Assembly (NCBI GenBank): GCA_965228475.1 | Contig: OZ245817.1 | Location: forward strand, 3,904,001 to 3,968,000 | DNA: 64,000 bases | Direction: 5' to 3' | DNA from: Myxococcota bacterium | GTDB lineage: Bacteria > Myxococcota_A > UBA9160 > JAFDDA01 | Shown: piece after piece, positions 35,691 through 45,924 of the stretch | Position numbering within the stretch: position 1 is the stretch's first letter | Layout: every line of letters starts with the position of its first letter | Made by a program: the position numbers and the translations under genes | Notes under the pieces: generated by a model | The model's input: only the letters and a program-made list of their open reading frames with translations | Databases searched by the model: none | What the model was told of the DNA's origin: nothing

Positions 35691-36385
35691 GTCGCGGCGG
35701 CCCGGGCGCGCTCGACGAGCCAGGCGTAGACCGACGCGCCGGTCTCATCCTGTTCGGGATGCCATTCGACACCGAGCAGGTCGCCCTTCCCCACCGCCTC
35801 GACGATCCCGTCCGGCGCCTCGGCCAGAACGTCGAGACCCGGCGCAACGCGGTCGATGCACTGACGATGGGAGGAGGCGACCTCCGCGGCGCCGGTGAGC
35901 CCGTCGAGCGCCGGGTGCGGCGCCGTCCGGCGGATCCCGTGCTCGGTGAAGCGGCCGGCACCGCCGTGGTCGATCTCGCTCGAGAAGCTCTCGTGGAGCG
36001 TCCCGCCGAGGTGGAGGTTCAGGAGCTGCATCCCGTAGCAGACGCCGAGCAGCGGACGGCCGCCGGACCTCGCCGCATCGATGAGCCGGCGCTCCCAGGC
36101 GATGCGCTCGGGCAGCTCGGGCGCGGCGCCCTCGACGCTCGGCGCGAGGAGCGCTCCGTCGGCCTCGGCACGCGCGGGAAGATCGTCGCCGCCGGAGATC
36201 ACGAAGCCGGCGCAGGCCGCGACGGCGTCCGCCACGTCGGCCTCGGGAACGAGGAGGACGGGCATCCCCCCCGCCCGCGCCACCGCGCGGCCGTAGCTCC
36301 GCTTCAGATACGCATAGTCGACGCCCTCACGGAGCCGCACGCCGGGATCGAGGCTCACGGTGATCCCGATCGTCGGTCTCACCAC
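35687..36385 (-). CDS. Gamma-glutamyl-GABA hydrolase-like (peptidase C26) protein
   Basis: SGGDD, LGVCYGMQ, WHPE. Confidence 0.9.
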   Translation of the reverse strand: MVRPTIGITVSLDPGVRLREGVDYAYLKRSYGRAVARAGGMPVLLVPEADVADAVAACAGFVISGGDDLPARAEADGALLAPSVEGAAPELPERIAWERRLIDAARSGGRPLLGVCYGMQLLNLHLGGTLHESFSSEIDHGGAGRFTEHGIRRTAPHPALDGLTGAAEVASSHRQCIDRVAPGLDVLAEAPDGIVEAVGKGDLLGVEWHPEQDETGASVYAWLVERARAAAT

Positions 36386-36477
36386 GGGCGGGAACCGGGG
36401 AGCAGCGGGCCAAAGGGCATCGGCCGACCATAGTGAACCGATGGTCCACCGGCCGGGCGCGGTAAGGTCTCGGCCCG

Positions 36478-37386
36478 ATGTGGGTCGAACTCTCTCTCGC
36501 CGGCGGACTCTTCCAGACGACGCGCAACGCCCTCGCGCGGAGCCTCTCCGGCCAGATTTCCCCGACCCTCAACAGCTGGTCGCGCTTCGCCTTCAACCTG
36601 CCGTTCTCGACGGCGCTCGTCGCCGCGCTCGTCTACCGCGAAGGCGCGCCCGCGCTCCCGCCCGCCTTCTTCCTCTACGCCGCGGCGACGGGCGTGACCC
36701 AGCTCCTCGGGAACGTCGCGCTGGTCGCCGCCTTCCGGCACGCGAACTTCGCCCAGTCGATCGTGCTCCATAAGCTCGAGATCGCCTTCACGGCGGTGAT
36801 CGGCGTCGCGCTCTTCGGGGAGAGCCCGAGCCTCGCGGGCTGGATGGGCGTCGCCGCCTGCACGGCCGGGGTGCTGGCCATGAACCTCGGCCGGGATTCG
36901 GGACCGAGCGGCTGGCGCCGCGCGTTCCACTTCGACGCCGGCGCCGCACTCGCCCTGGCGTGCGGCATCCTGCTCGTCTTCGCGAGCTTCATGCTGAAGG
37001 AAGGCGTCGCCGTGTTCGTCGAGGCGAACCCGCGCGTCGGAGCCGGCCGCTTCGAGGCGGCCGCGCACACCCTCTTCCACACGACGTGGATCGAGGTCGC
37101 GATCCTGAGCCTCGTGATCGGGCTTCGCTCGCCCGGCGAGTTCCGGCACGTCGGCGCGCACTGGCGCCGCATGCTCGGCATCGGCTTCACCGGGTTCTGC
37201 GGCAGCATCTGCTGGTTCTGGGCCTACCCGCTGACGCTCGTCGCCTACGTGAAGGCCGTCGGCCAGATCGAGGCCGTGCTTTCCGTCGTGCTGGCCCTCG
37301 CGGTCTGGCGCGAACGCGAAGTGTGGCGGCAGCTCCCGGGGCTCGTGCTCGTCATGGCGGGGATCGCTATCGTGCTGCTCGCCTGA
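36478..37386 (+). CDS. DMT/EamA family transporter
   Basis: ~10 TM segments, AYVKAVGQIE. Confidence 0.88.
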   Translation: MWVELSLAGGLFQTTRNALARSLSGQISPTLNSWSRFAFNLPFSTALVAALVYREGAPALPPAFFLYAAATGVTQLLGNVALVAAFRHANFAQSIVLHKLEIAFTAVIGVALFGESPSLAGWMGVAACTAGVLAMNLGRDSGPSGWRRAFHFDAGAALALACGILLVFASFMLKEGVAVFVEANPRVGAGRFEAAAHTLFHTTWIEVAILSLVIGLRSPGEFRHVGAHWRRMLGIGFTGFCGSICWFWAYPLTLVAYVKAVGQIEAVLSVVLALAVWREREVWRQLPGLVLVMAGIAIVLLA

Positions 37387-37481
37387 ATTCGGCGCCGCGG
37401 CTTCGGCGGAGGCGGACGCGCACCGCTTGCCGGCCGTTTGCCGGTGACGCGAGCGCCTCCCGCTTCGAGTAGAATCCCGGC

Positions 37482-38198
37482 ATGGTTCGCCTCGCCTCGC
37501 TCCTGCTCGCTTCGCTCCTGCTCGCCGGGCCGGCCGCGGCCTCCGACGCGAAAGGCACGGAGTCCATGACGGTCGCCGCCTACGGGGACCGCGCCCTCGA
37601 CCATCTGCTGAAGGCGCGCGAGCAGCTCGGCCAGCGCGAGGCCTTCGCCGCGGGCCAGGAACTCGTTCACGCACGGACGCTGCTCGGCCTCGCGCGAAGC
37701 GCGACGCCGGAAGGCGCGGTCCAGGAGGCGCTCGACGAAGCGCTCCGCCGGCTCGACGATCCGAAGACGAAGGCGGTCCGGACCCTGATCGCGCCGGTCT
37801 TCGAAGCGCTCGAAGCGAGCGGCCTGCCGGAGAAGCCCGGGTACACGCGCCGCTACGTCGAGCGCGCGCGCTACGAACTCCACCGCGGCAACCGCGCCGG
37901 CGCGGTCAAGGAGCTCGCCGCCGCCTCCGCCCGGCTTCCGGGCTCGAAGCTCGACCTGCCCCTGGCCACCTGCATCGACCAGGTGAACCGCGCCCTCGCG
38001 GCGCTCACCCGGCGCGACCTCGCCTCCGCCCGCCAGCTCGTGGCCGGAGCCGAGCGCTCGACCCTCGGCGTGGTCCGGGTGGCCGGCGGGCTCGACGAGG
38101 TCTTCGTCGGAGACGTCGCCGCGCCCCCGCCGCTCGCGGGGGAGACCCCGACCGAGTCGGACATCGAGCGCACCCCGGACTTCAGCGAAGGCTTCTAG
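37482..38198 (+). CDS. Exported helical hypothetical protein
   Basis: Signal peptide (AAAS-DA), TAGAAT 6 nt upstream of ATG. Confidence 0.7.
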   Translation: MVRLASLLLASLLLAGPAAASDAKGTESMTVAAYGDRALDHLLKAREQLGQREAFAAGQELVHARTLLGLARSATPEGAVQEALDEALRRLDDPKTKAVRTLIAPVFEALEASGLPEKPGYTRRYVERARYELHRGNRAGAVKELAAASARLPGSKLDLPLATCIDQVNRALAALTRRDLASARQLVAGAERSTLGVVRVAGGLDEVFVGDVAAPPPLAGETPTESDIERTPDFSEGF

Positions 38199-38261
38199 CC
38201 CGCACGGCTCCGGCTCCCCAGGTCGCCGTAACCCTTCGTTTCTGCTCGCAAGATTCGCAAT

Positions 38262-38289
38262 TTGTCACACGATGTATACGTTGTATACT
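38262..38289 (+). promoter_or_regulatory. Sigma-70 promoter overlapped by two GTATAC palindromes
   Basis: TTGTCA-N16-TATACT containing tgtatac twice. Confidence 0.65.
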
Positions 38290-38318
38290 TCGCATCACAC
38301 CGCGCCGGAGGAGCCCCG

Positions 38319-38834
38319 ATGCCCGGAGCCAACGACGAACGCAAGGAGCGGGTGATCCACAGCCGCGTCCCCGAATCCCTCGACGACGAGATCAAGGCCA
38401 AGGCCCAGCGCCTCGGCCTCTCGGTCTCGAACCTCGTCCGGAACGTGCTCGAGAACGCCTTCGGCCTGGTGGAAGACATCGTGGCCGACGGGGCGGACAT
38501 CGCCCGGGCGGCGCAGGAGGGCCGGCCCGGAAAGGCCGCGCGGCCCGGTGCGCGCACGCGCGCAGCGGCCGCGACGGACGAAATGGCCGGAACGCCGGAG
38601 GCCGCGGTGCTCGGCTGGCAGCCCGCCGTCCTCGAACTCAATGCCGTGTGCGAACGATGCAACGCGATCCTGCCGCGCGGGAGCGAGGCGAGCATCGGAA
38701 TCTCCGCGGGCGGGCCGCCGAGCTTCCGCTGCCGCAGCTGCGTGCCCGCCGCGCCGGCGCCGAGCGACGCCGCCGCCCCGAACGAACCCGACGAGAGCGC
38801 CCGCACCGAAGAAGGAGTCCGCCATGACGGCTAA
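38319..38834 (+). CDS. Ribbon-helix-helix-like DNA-binding protein with C-terminal zinc finger
   Basis: VIHSRVPESLDDEIKAKAQRLGLSVSNLVRNVL; CERC...CRSC. Confidence 0.7.
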   Translation: MPGANDERKERVIHSRVPESLDDEIKAKAQRLGLSVSNLVRNVLENAFGLVEDIVADGADIARAAQEGRPGKAARPGARTRAAAATDEMAGTPEAAVLGWQPAVLELNAVCERCNAILPRGSEASIGISAGGPPSFRCRSCVPAAPAPSDAAAPNEPDESARTEEGVRHDG

Positions 38835-40353
38835 CGCACGCAACGAGGACCTGTTCGCGGAAGCCGCCGGACGGGTCGCCGAGATCGCCGGCGTGGCGAC
38901 GTCCCTCGTGCGCAACGTCGCCGGCCACGTCGAGGCGCTCGTCGAAGACGTGGTGGACGACTCCCTCGACGTCGCCCGCGAAGCGGAGGATCTCTACGAC
39001 TCCGCGCGGACCCGCATCGACGACGCCGCCGAACTCTTCCGCGCGGCGCCGCGCATCACGCGGGTCGCGAGCGAGTTCCTCTCGATCCTCGCGCGCTACC
39101 GCGTCCACGGCGCCCTCGACGCCGCCCGCAGCGAGTGGACGGGAGAGCCGCGGAGCGACCTCTCGCGCCTCCACCGCCGGTCCGCGCGGCGCGCGCGGCG
39201 CATGGCCGAGGAGCTGCGGGGCGGCGTCCTGAAGCTTGGCCAGTTCGCGTCGACGCGCATGGACCTCCTGCCGACGGAGTGGACGCGGGAGCTCTCGAAG
39301 CTCCAGGATCGCGTGAAGCCGCTTCCCGCGAGCGAGATCACCGCGCGTCTGGCCCGCGAGCTCGGCGAGGACTGGCGCGGCCAGTTCCGGGACTTCGAAG
39401 CCGCCCCGATCGCCGCCGCCTCCCTCGCCCAGGTCCACCGGGCGACCCTCGCGGACGGAACGCCGGTGGCGGTGAAGGTGCTGGTGCCCGACATCGAGGC
39501 GACCCTCGAGGCCGACCTCGTCGCAATGCGGACCCTCCTCCCGACCCTGCGGGACCTGCTGCCGCGCGTCGACCTCGACACCCTGATCGAAGAGCTCGCA
39601 GCGTCGATCCGGCGCGAGGTCGATCTCGGCGCCGAAGCCGCCGCCGTCGCCGAAATGCGCGAAGCCTTCCGCGACGACCCGGACGTGATCGTCCCGGCGC
39701 CGCACCCCGAGGCCTCGAGCCGCGGCGTCCTGGTGCTCGACCTCGTCGAGGGCGAGCGGCTCGTCGATTTCCTCGACGGCTGCGCGGCGCGCGGGGAAGC
39801 GGGCGCCCGGGATCGCGACCGCGTCTGCCAGATCCTGATCCGGACCCTCTGCAGCCAGGTCCTCGTCCACGGCCTCTTCCAGGGCGACCCCCACCCGGGG
39901 AACTTCCTCGTCGCCCCCGGCCCCGAAGGCCCCCGCCTGGTGCTGCTCGATTTCGGCTGCGTCGAGCGGTACGAGCCGGCGCTGCGCCGAAGCTACGCCC
40001 AGCTCGCCATGGCGATCCTCGCCCGCAACACCGAGGGCATGGTCGCGGGCTTCGCGGGGCTCGGGTTCCGCAGCCGCGACGGGGGCACCGAGGGGCTCGA
40101 CGCCTACGCCGAGCTCTTCCTCTCGGCCTTCCGCGACGGCACCAACCTGGAGGAGGAAATGGATCACGGCGAGCAGATCGCCCGGATCCTCGAGCTGACC
40201 GAAGCCAACCCGATCGCCGAGATCCCGGGCCACTTCGTGCTGCTCGGGCGGATGTTCGCCTCCGTCGGGGGGCTGCTGCTCCACTACCGCCCGCGCATCG
40301 AACTCGCGGGCATCCTGCGGCCGGAACTCGCCTCGGCCCTGCGCCCAATCTGA
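38824..40353 (+). CDS. ABC1/UbiB (AarF) family atypical kinase
   Basis: LKLGQ, AAASLAQVHRA, VAVKV, DPHPGN, LLDFG. Confidence 0.93.
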   Translation: MTANARNEDLFAEAAGRVAEIAGVATSLVRNVAGHVEALVEDVVDDSLDVAREAEDLYDSARTRIDDAAELFRAAPRITRVASEFLSILARYRVHGALDAARSEWTGEPRSDLSRLHRRSARRARRMAEELRGGVLKLGQFASTRMDLLPTEWTRELSKLQDRVKPLPASEITARLARELGEDWRGQFRDFEAAPIAAASLAQVHRATLADGTPVAVKVLVPDIEATLEADLVAMRTLLPTLRDLLPRVDLDTLIEELAASIRREVDLGAEAAAVAEMREAFRDDPDVIVPAPHPEASSRGVLVLDLVEGERLVDFLDGCAARGEAGARDRDRVCQILIRTLCSQVLVHGLFQGDPHPGNFLVAPGPEGPRLVLLDFGCVERYEPALRRSYAQLAMAILARNTEGMVAGFAGLGFRSRDGGTEGLDAYAELFLSAFRDGTNLEEEMDHGEQIARILELTEANPIAEIPGHFVLLGRMFASVGGLLLHYRPRIELAGILRPELASALRPI

Positions 40354-40518
40354 GGGATTTCCGCAACGGCACGGCCGAGTTCCATCGAAGCGAAATTCCT
40401 CTTGCATTAACCGGGGCGAAAGGCGGATTCTTCCATTAAGGTTTTCGCTCGGTTGGGTCTGGAGTTGCGTTTTTCCCGCAGCGGCACGCCCACGGTTGAA
40501 CAAACAGGGGGGAGCGAT

Positions 40519-41832
40519 ATGAAGAGCGCGACGATGGGTTCGCGACTCGAGGGTCTCGGCTTGGTGGCGGTGGTTGCCGCGGTGATGCTGCTGGCGATGC
40601 CGAATTCGGCGCATGCGACGGCAGACCCGCCGAATCCCTGCTTCAACAACACGATGATGTACATGTCGTTCTTCGTCGGCGACAGCTCCGACTCGGGCCC
40701 GACGCAGCTCGACCAGTGCTCGCCCGCGAGTGAAGAAGGTGGCGTCGGCCACAACATCTTCCGCGACACCACGAACCAGGCGGCGAACGCTCTCCGCTAC
40801 ACGTTCTACGGCCGCTACCTCGAGAACAACGAGCGCAGCCCGCTCCGCCAGTTCTATCGCCGCGGCGCGATCGACGAGCACTCGGCCGGCCACCTCGCGC
40901 ACTGGGGCAACGGCGAGAACGACCTGGCCGCCGGCTACACGCCGACGGAGACGACCGGCGAGTTCATCCAGCGCTGGCTCCAGCCGCTCCGCGACCACAA
41001 CGTCAGCACCTGGTTCAACACCTCGTGGACGAGCCCGCGCGATACGCACCGCCCGACGCGGTACGACTCGGACGTGTGGACGCTGACCTGGGGCGCCGAC
41101 ATGCCGATCCTGAACGACGACCTGCTCGTCGGCGTGTTCGGCTCGTACACGAACTCGGACGTCGACACGACCTTCAACAACGGCGACGTCGAGTCGAAGC
41201 TCGGAACGGTCGGTCCCTACTTCGTGTACACGCTGAACGACTACATCGGCTTCGACACCACGGTGGCGGGCATTTTCGGTCAGCAGGAGAACGTGGTCGG
41301 CTCGCCGGTCCCGGGCTTCCGCGATTCGCGCGGTGAGCAGGACGTCGACGGCTTCTTCGTCGCCATCAACGCGAACGCCAGCTACTGGATGGGCAACTGG
41401 GGCATCAACGGCCGCGTGGGCTTCCTCCACTCGGACGTCGAGACCGAGTCCTACGACCTCGGCCCGCAGCTGGGCGGCGGCGCGACGCCGAGCACCACGG
41501 TGCGCGTCCCCGGCACCAACAGCGAGCTCACCCAGATCGCCGTGGCGACCCAGTTCAACTACTTCATGGACCAGGGCATCCCGTTCTGTGAAGAGGTGAA
41601 GGCGATGCCGTTCGTGCGGGTCACCTGGAACTACGATCTCGACCACGAGAACATCCAGCTGCCGCGCGGCGTCTCGCAGCACCCGAACGACGACGACGAG
41701 GTGGTCGTGAACTGGGGCATGTCGCTGTTCGGCAACGGCCCCTTCTCGGGCTCCTTCGAAGCCGGCCGGACCTTCGCGCGCTCGCGCTTCGAGGCCTGGT
41801 CGGTGACGGGCACCCTCTCCTACGCATTCTGA
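40519..41832 (+). CDS. Autotransporter-type outer membrane beta-barrel protein
   Basis: Signal peptide, amphipathic beta strands, C-terminal LSYAF. Confidence 0.75.
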   Translation: MKSATMGSRLEGLGLVAVVAAVMLLAMPNSAHATADPPNPCFNNTMMYMSFFVGDSSDSGPTQLDQCSPASEEGGVGHNIFRDTTNQAANALRYTFYGRYLENNERSPLRQFYRRGAIDEHSAGHLAHWGNGENDLAAGYTPTETTGEFIQRWLQPLRDHNVSTWFNTSWTSPRDTHRPTRYDSDVWTLTWGADMPILNDDLLVGVFGSYTNSDVDTTFNNGDVESKLGTVGPYFVYTLNDYIGFDTTVAGIFGQQENVVGSPVPGFRDSRGEQDVDGFFVAINANASYWMGNWGINGRVGFLHSDVETESYDLGPQLGGGATPSTTVRVPGTNSELTQIAVATQFNYFMDQGIPFCEEVKAMPFVRVTWNYDLDHENIQLPRGVSQHPNDDDEVVVNWGMSLFGNGPFSGSFEAGRTFARSRFEAWSVTGTLSYAF

Positions 41833-41860
41833 TCTGTCCCGCGTAGGAGACCAGAGACCG

Positions 41861-41893
41861 AGGGCCCGCCGGCGACGGCGGGCCCTTTTTCTT
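41861..41893 (+). terminator. Rho-independent terminator
   Basis: agggcccgccg-gcga-cggcgggccct followed by T tract. Confidence 0.9.
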
Positions 41894-41908
41894 GGCGCCG
41901 TCCTCACC

Positions 41909-42673
41909 GTGAGCCTCGGCCTCGGCGGCTGCGCCACGACGACGTCGCTCGGCCGCGCCGCATCGTCGGCGGAGGCGGCCGGGCTCGTGCGGAGCGAGGT
42001 CGATGCGGGACCGTTCGAGCTCCCCGTGTACCGGCGCGACGCGCCGCGGGCCTTCCGGCTCGTCGTGTACCTCGAAGGCGACGCACCCGCCTGGCGCGAA
42101 GGCGGCCAGGTCCGCACCACGCCTCCGCCGCCCGCCCCCCTCGCGCTCACGCTGGCGAGCCTCGACCCGGCGCCGGCCGTCGCGTGGCTCGGCCGCCCGT
42201 GCCAGGGCGTCGCGGCCGGAACCCGCGCCTGCGACGCCTCGGTCTGGACCCACGCGCGCTTCTCGGAACGCGTCGTCGATGCCCTGGACGAAGCCCTCGA
42301 CCGGCTGCGGCGCAGCTCCGGCGCGCGCGAGCTCGTGCTGGTCGGCTATTCCGGGGGCGGCGTGCTCGCGGCCCTGCTCGCGGCGCGGCGGGACGACGTC
42401 GTCCGCCTCGTCACGGTCTCCGCGCCGCTCGCCCTCGCGGCCTGGCGCGAACACCATGGGCTCGCCCCGCTCGATGCGGTGGACCCGGCAACGATCGAAG
42501 CCCCCCGGCTCGACGCCGTCGACCAACACCACCTGGTGGGCCTCGCGGACGAAGTCGTTCCCCCGATGATCCTCGAGCGGTACTGCGCGGCGCGCCGCGC
42601 CGCCCACCGCTGCAGCGTCGAACGCCACGCCACGGACCACTCGGGCTGGGCGCGGCTCTGGCCCCTTCGCTAG
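41909..42673 (+). CDS. Alpha/beta hydrolase lipoprotein
   Basis: LGGC lipobox, VYLEGD, LGRPCQ, GYSGG, D and H catalytic candidates. Confidence 0.85.
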   Translation: MSLGLGGCATTTSLGRAASSAEAAGLVRSEVDAGPFELPVYRRDAPRAFRLVVYLEGDAPAWREGGQVRTTPPPPAPLALTLASLDPAPAVAWLGRPCQGVAAGTRACDASVWTHARFSERVVDALDEALDRLRRSSGARELVLVGYSGGGVLAALLAARRDDVVRLVTVSAPLALAAWREHHGLAPLDAVDPATIEAPRLDAVDQHHLVGLADEVVPPMILERYCAARRAAHRCSVERHATDHSGWARLWPLR

Positions 42674-43713
42674 CCCCGGGCCTGGCGGCCCTGGGCCGCG
42701 TAGAAGATGCAGTCCTGGACCGCGATCTCCGCGTCGGTGGTCATCATGATCGGCACGAACGGACGGCGGGCCCGCACGTGCCCCGCATCGACCTCGAAGA
42801 GTTCGCGCGAGACCTCCGCGCCGTCGGCGCGCGTGGCCACGAAGGGCCACGGGCCGCCGCTGCGGACCCAGCCGAGGGAGTCTCCGGGAACGAGCGGCTC
42901 GAAGTTGTGGCGGTCGACGGCGGCATCGACGACGAGGTCGGCGCCCTCGTCCGGGCCCTCGCCGTAGCGAAGCACGAGGCCCGGCTGGAGACACACCCGC
43001 ACGGGGCTCCCGACCACCGTCATGGCGGGCGCTTGCGCGGGCTCGAGGGACTCCGCGAGAAGGAAGCGCTCGAGCCCGGCGCGCGCGATCTCGTCCGCCG
43101 CGGACGACCCGGCCCGCCCGCACTCGATGACGACGCTCGGGAGTTCCTCCTGCACCGCCTCGACGAGCGCCCCGAGGCGCAGATCGCTGTGGACGTAGCG
43201 CCCGGCGAAGAGCGAGGTCAGGGCCAGCCGCGCCGGGTCGTCGCGCGGTCCGACGCCGTAGGCGGGCGTATCGCCCGTCGTGTTGTGGAGGTCGACCAGG
43301 GCTTCGGAGGAGCGCTTGCGCACGTGCTCGAGCACGGCCTCGGCGAGCCCGCCCTCCTCCCCGGCGTAGGGGGGGCGGAAGCAGCGGTTCAGATCCGCGT
43401 GGCCGAACAGGACGCGGTGCCCGAAGACCGGCGGCGTGAGCGCCGCCTCGACGGACGCGATGAAGAAGCTCGTATCGACGGCCGGCGTCGCGCCGGAGCG
43501 CAGCCACGCGAGGATGGCGCGCGTGCCCGAGGGTTCGTTCCCGTGCAGGAGCGTCGACACCGTGCGGTGCCGGCTCGGGTCCCGCCCCGGCTGGTCGATC
43601 CAGGTCGGACCGGTCAGCGAGCGCAGGAACGCCTCGGCATCGGCGGGCCAGCTCTCGGGGGCGGGCGCCGATCGCGTGTGCAGTTTCAGGGTCGGAACGG
43701 CAGCGGTGGTCAC
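42670..43713 (-). CDS. Succinylglutamate desuccinylase/aspartoacylase family protein
   Basis: HGNE, DLNRCF, VDLHNT, IECG. Confidence 0.9.
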   Translation of the reverse strand: MTTAAVPTLKLHTRSAPAPESWPADAEAFLRSLTGPTWIDQPGRDPSRHRTVSTLLHGNEPSGTRAILAWLRSGATPAVDTSFFIASVEAALTPPVFGHRVLFGHADLNRCFRPPYAGEEGGLAEAVLEHVRKRSSEALVDLHNTTGDTPAYGVGPRDDPARLALTSLFAGRYVHSDLRLGALVEAVQEELPSVVIECGRAGSSAADEIARAGLERFLLAESLEPAQAPAMTVVGSPVRVCLQPGLVLRYGEGPDEGADLVVDAAVDRHNFEPLVPGDSLGWVRSGGPWPFVATRADGAEVSRELFEVDAGHVRARRPFVPIMMTTDAEIAVQDCIFYAAQGRQARG

Positions 43714-43730
43714 GGTGAGGAAGGCGGAGG

Positions 43731-44603
43731 CTAGCGCGGCGACCGGAAGGTGACGATCCAGGCGGCGTAGGGCGCGCGCACCCCGTCCTCGCCGAGCCAG
43801 GGGCGGACGGCCTCGGCGGCGCGCTCGACGGCGCGGCGGCGGAGCTCCGGCCCGGCGCCGGCCTCGCGCAGGGCACGCGCGGCCGGGCCGAGCTCGATCA
43901 AGAACTCCCCGGCCTCCTCGACGGTCCGGGCACCGCCGACGTGAAGCCGGCCCTCGAGGGCCTCGGCCCGGGGCGCCTCGAAGCCCGCGGCGAGCAGGAT
44001 GGAGCGGACGCGGTCCGCATCGGCAAAGGAGAAGGGGCCCGGCGCTTCCGGCGGCGGGGGCGGCGGCATCGGGACGAGCTCCGCCACCGCCGCGGCGGGC
44101 TCGGCCATCCACGGGTTGAGCGCCATCGGCTGCCAGCAGAGGAAGCCGCCGCGCGCCCCCGGGGCAAGGGCCGATCGCAGGTTGCGGAAGGCCTCCTCCG
44201 GGGACGCGAAGAACATCACCCCGAAGCGCGAGAGCAGGACGTCGAAGGAGTCCGGCTCGAAGCGCTGGGTCTGGGCGTCGCCCATCTGGAACCGGACCGC
44301 CTCGAGCCCTGCCCGGGCCGCGCGCTCCCGGGCGCGTGCCAACATCGGCTCGCTCACGTCGAGGCCGAGCACGCTCCCGCCCGGCGCGACGGCCTCGGCC
44401 GCCGCAAGGGAACTTTCGCCACAGCCGCAGCCGACGTCGAGGACACGCTCCCCCGGCGCGAGATCGATGCGCTCGAGAAGAGCCCTTCCGAGCGGACCGA
44501 GCTGGGCGTCGAGCCCCTCCTGGAGCGCCACCCAGCGCGGCCCCGCCTGCGAATTCCAGTAGGCCCTCTGTTCGGAATTGTCCGCTGCCGGCGGGGCGCT
44601 CAT
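43731..44603 (-). CDS. Class I SAM-dependent methyltransferase
   Basis: VLDVGCGCG, SRFGVMFF, PGPFSFAD. Confidence 0.92.
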   Translation of the reverse strand: MSAPPAADNSEQRAYWNSQAGPRWVALQEGLDAQLGPLGRALLERIDLAPGERVLDVGCGCGESSLAAAEAVAPGGSVLGLDVSEPMLARARERAARAGLEAVRFQMGDAQTQRFEPDSFDVLLSRFGVMFFASPEEAFRNLRSALAPGARGGFLCWQPMALNPWMAEPAAAVAELVPMPPPPPPEAPGPFSFADADRVRSILLAAGFEAPRAEALEGRLHVGGARTVEEAGEFLIELGPAARALREAGAGPELRRRAVERAAEAVRPWLGEDGVRAPYAAWIVTFRSPR

Positions 44604-44799
44604 GGGGCCTCCTCGGGGACTCGCCGCGATCCTGCCTCGGCTCCGGGGGGTGCGCCAGCGCACGCGGGCATCCGGGCGGGCGGCCGATCGCTTCCGAGGG
44701 TGGAACCGGTCCGGGTGGGACGCGGATGGGCCCGGCTTCCCCTGCGAGACCCCGAAAGCGGCGTTAGATTCCCACTCCGTCCCACGGTTGCGGAAGGAC

Positions 44800-45924
44800 A
44801 TGCGCTCGACCTCAGAAAGACGCCGCTCGACGCTCTTCGCCGCTCCGCTTGCGGTGCTCCTCGTCGCCCTGGTCTCCGGTTGCGTCGGCAACCGGCCGCG
44901 CTGGGAAGAACTCACGCCGGCCCCGCGCCCGGAAGTGGTCCGCGTGGACGATCTGCTGCGCGTGCGCTGGCCCGCCTCCTTCGCCCTCGGACCCGTCCAG
45001 ATCTTCGCGAGCCCGAAGCCCGACGAGTTCGACCGCGAGCAGCCCGTCGCCCGCACGCGCGCGCTGGCGACCGCCGCGACCATCGAAGGCCTCGACCCGA
45101 CGCGGCGCTTCTACTTCGAACTCGTCCCCGAATCCGGCGCGACGCCGCGCGTCGTCGCCGAGCGCCGGCTCCCGCTGGCCGGGGGCGACAACTTCCGCGA
45201 CATCGGCGGCTACTCGACCGAAGACGGCCACGTCGTGCGCTGGGGCCTGCTCTACCGCTCGAACAACCTCGCGGAACTCTCGCGGGACGACCTCCGCTAC
45301 CTCTCCCGCCTGCGTGTGCGCCTGGTGTGCGACTTCCGTTCGGAGCCCGAGCGCGTGCGCGACCCGAGCCGGACGGCCGGAGAGAAGCCCGCCACCGAGG
45401 AGCTCTCGATTTCGAGCGAAGGCCTCGACCCGCGCTCGATGCAGGAGCGGATCCGCACCGGCATCACGAAGGACGAGCTCGAAGAGATCATGATCAAGTC
45501 CTACCAGGGCTTCGTGACCCACCACAGCGATCAGTGGGCCACGATGTTCGAGCGCATCTTGAAGCCCGGGAACCTGCCGACCATCGTGCATTGCACGGCG
45601 GGCAAGGACCGCACCGGCTTCGCCTCGGCCATGGTGCTCGCCGCCCTCGGCGTGCCGGAGAAGACGATCTTCGAGGACTACATGGCCACGAACAAGTACC
45701 GCGCCGGGGGCTACCGCTGGATCAAGCGGGCGGTGCCGATCTACTCGCTCTTCCGCACCCGGGGCCAGGATCTCGATGCCCTCATCGAGGCGCGGCGCCC
45801 CTACCTGCAGGCCTCCTTCGACGTGATCAACGAGCAGTACGGCTCGGTCGACGCCTACCTCGAGCAGCGTCTCGGCCTGACCCCGGACAAGCGGGAGCAG
45901 CTCCGCCAGACCTTCCTCCAGTGA
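44800..45924 (+). CDS. Protein-tyrosine phosphatase family lipoprotein (PtpB/IphP-like)
   Basis: VSGC lipobox, NFRDIGGY, HCTAGKDRTG. Confidence 0.92.
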   Translation: MRSTSERRRSTLFAAPLAVLLVALVSGCVGNRPRWEELTPAPRPEVVRVDDLLRVRWPASFALGPVQIFASPKPDEFDREQPVARTRALATAATIEGLDPTRRFYFELVPESGATPRVVAERRLPLAGGDNFRDIGGYSTEDGHVVRWGLLYRSNNLAELSRDDLRYLSRLRVRLVCDFRSEPERVRDPSRTAGEKPATEELSISSEGLDPRSMQERIRTGITKDELEEIMIKSYQGFVTHHSDQWATMFERILKPGNLPTIVHCTAGKDRTGFASAMVLAALGVPEKTIFEDYMATNKYRAGGYRWIKRAVPIYSLFRTRGQDLDALIEARRPYLQASFDVINEQYGSVDAYLEQRLGLTPDKREQLRQTFLQ

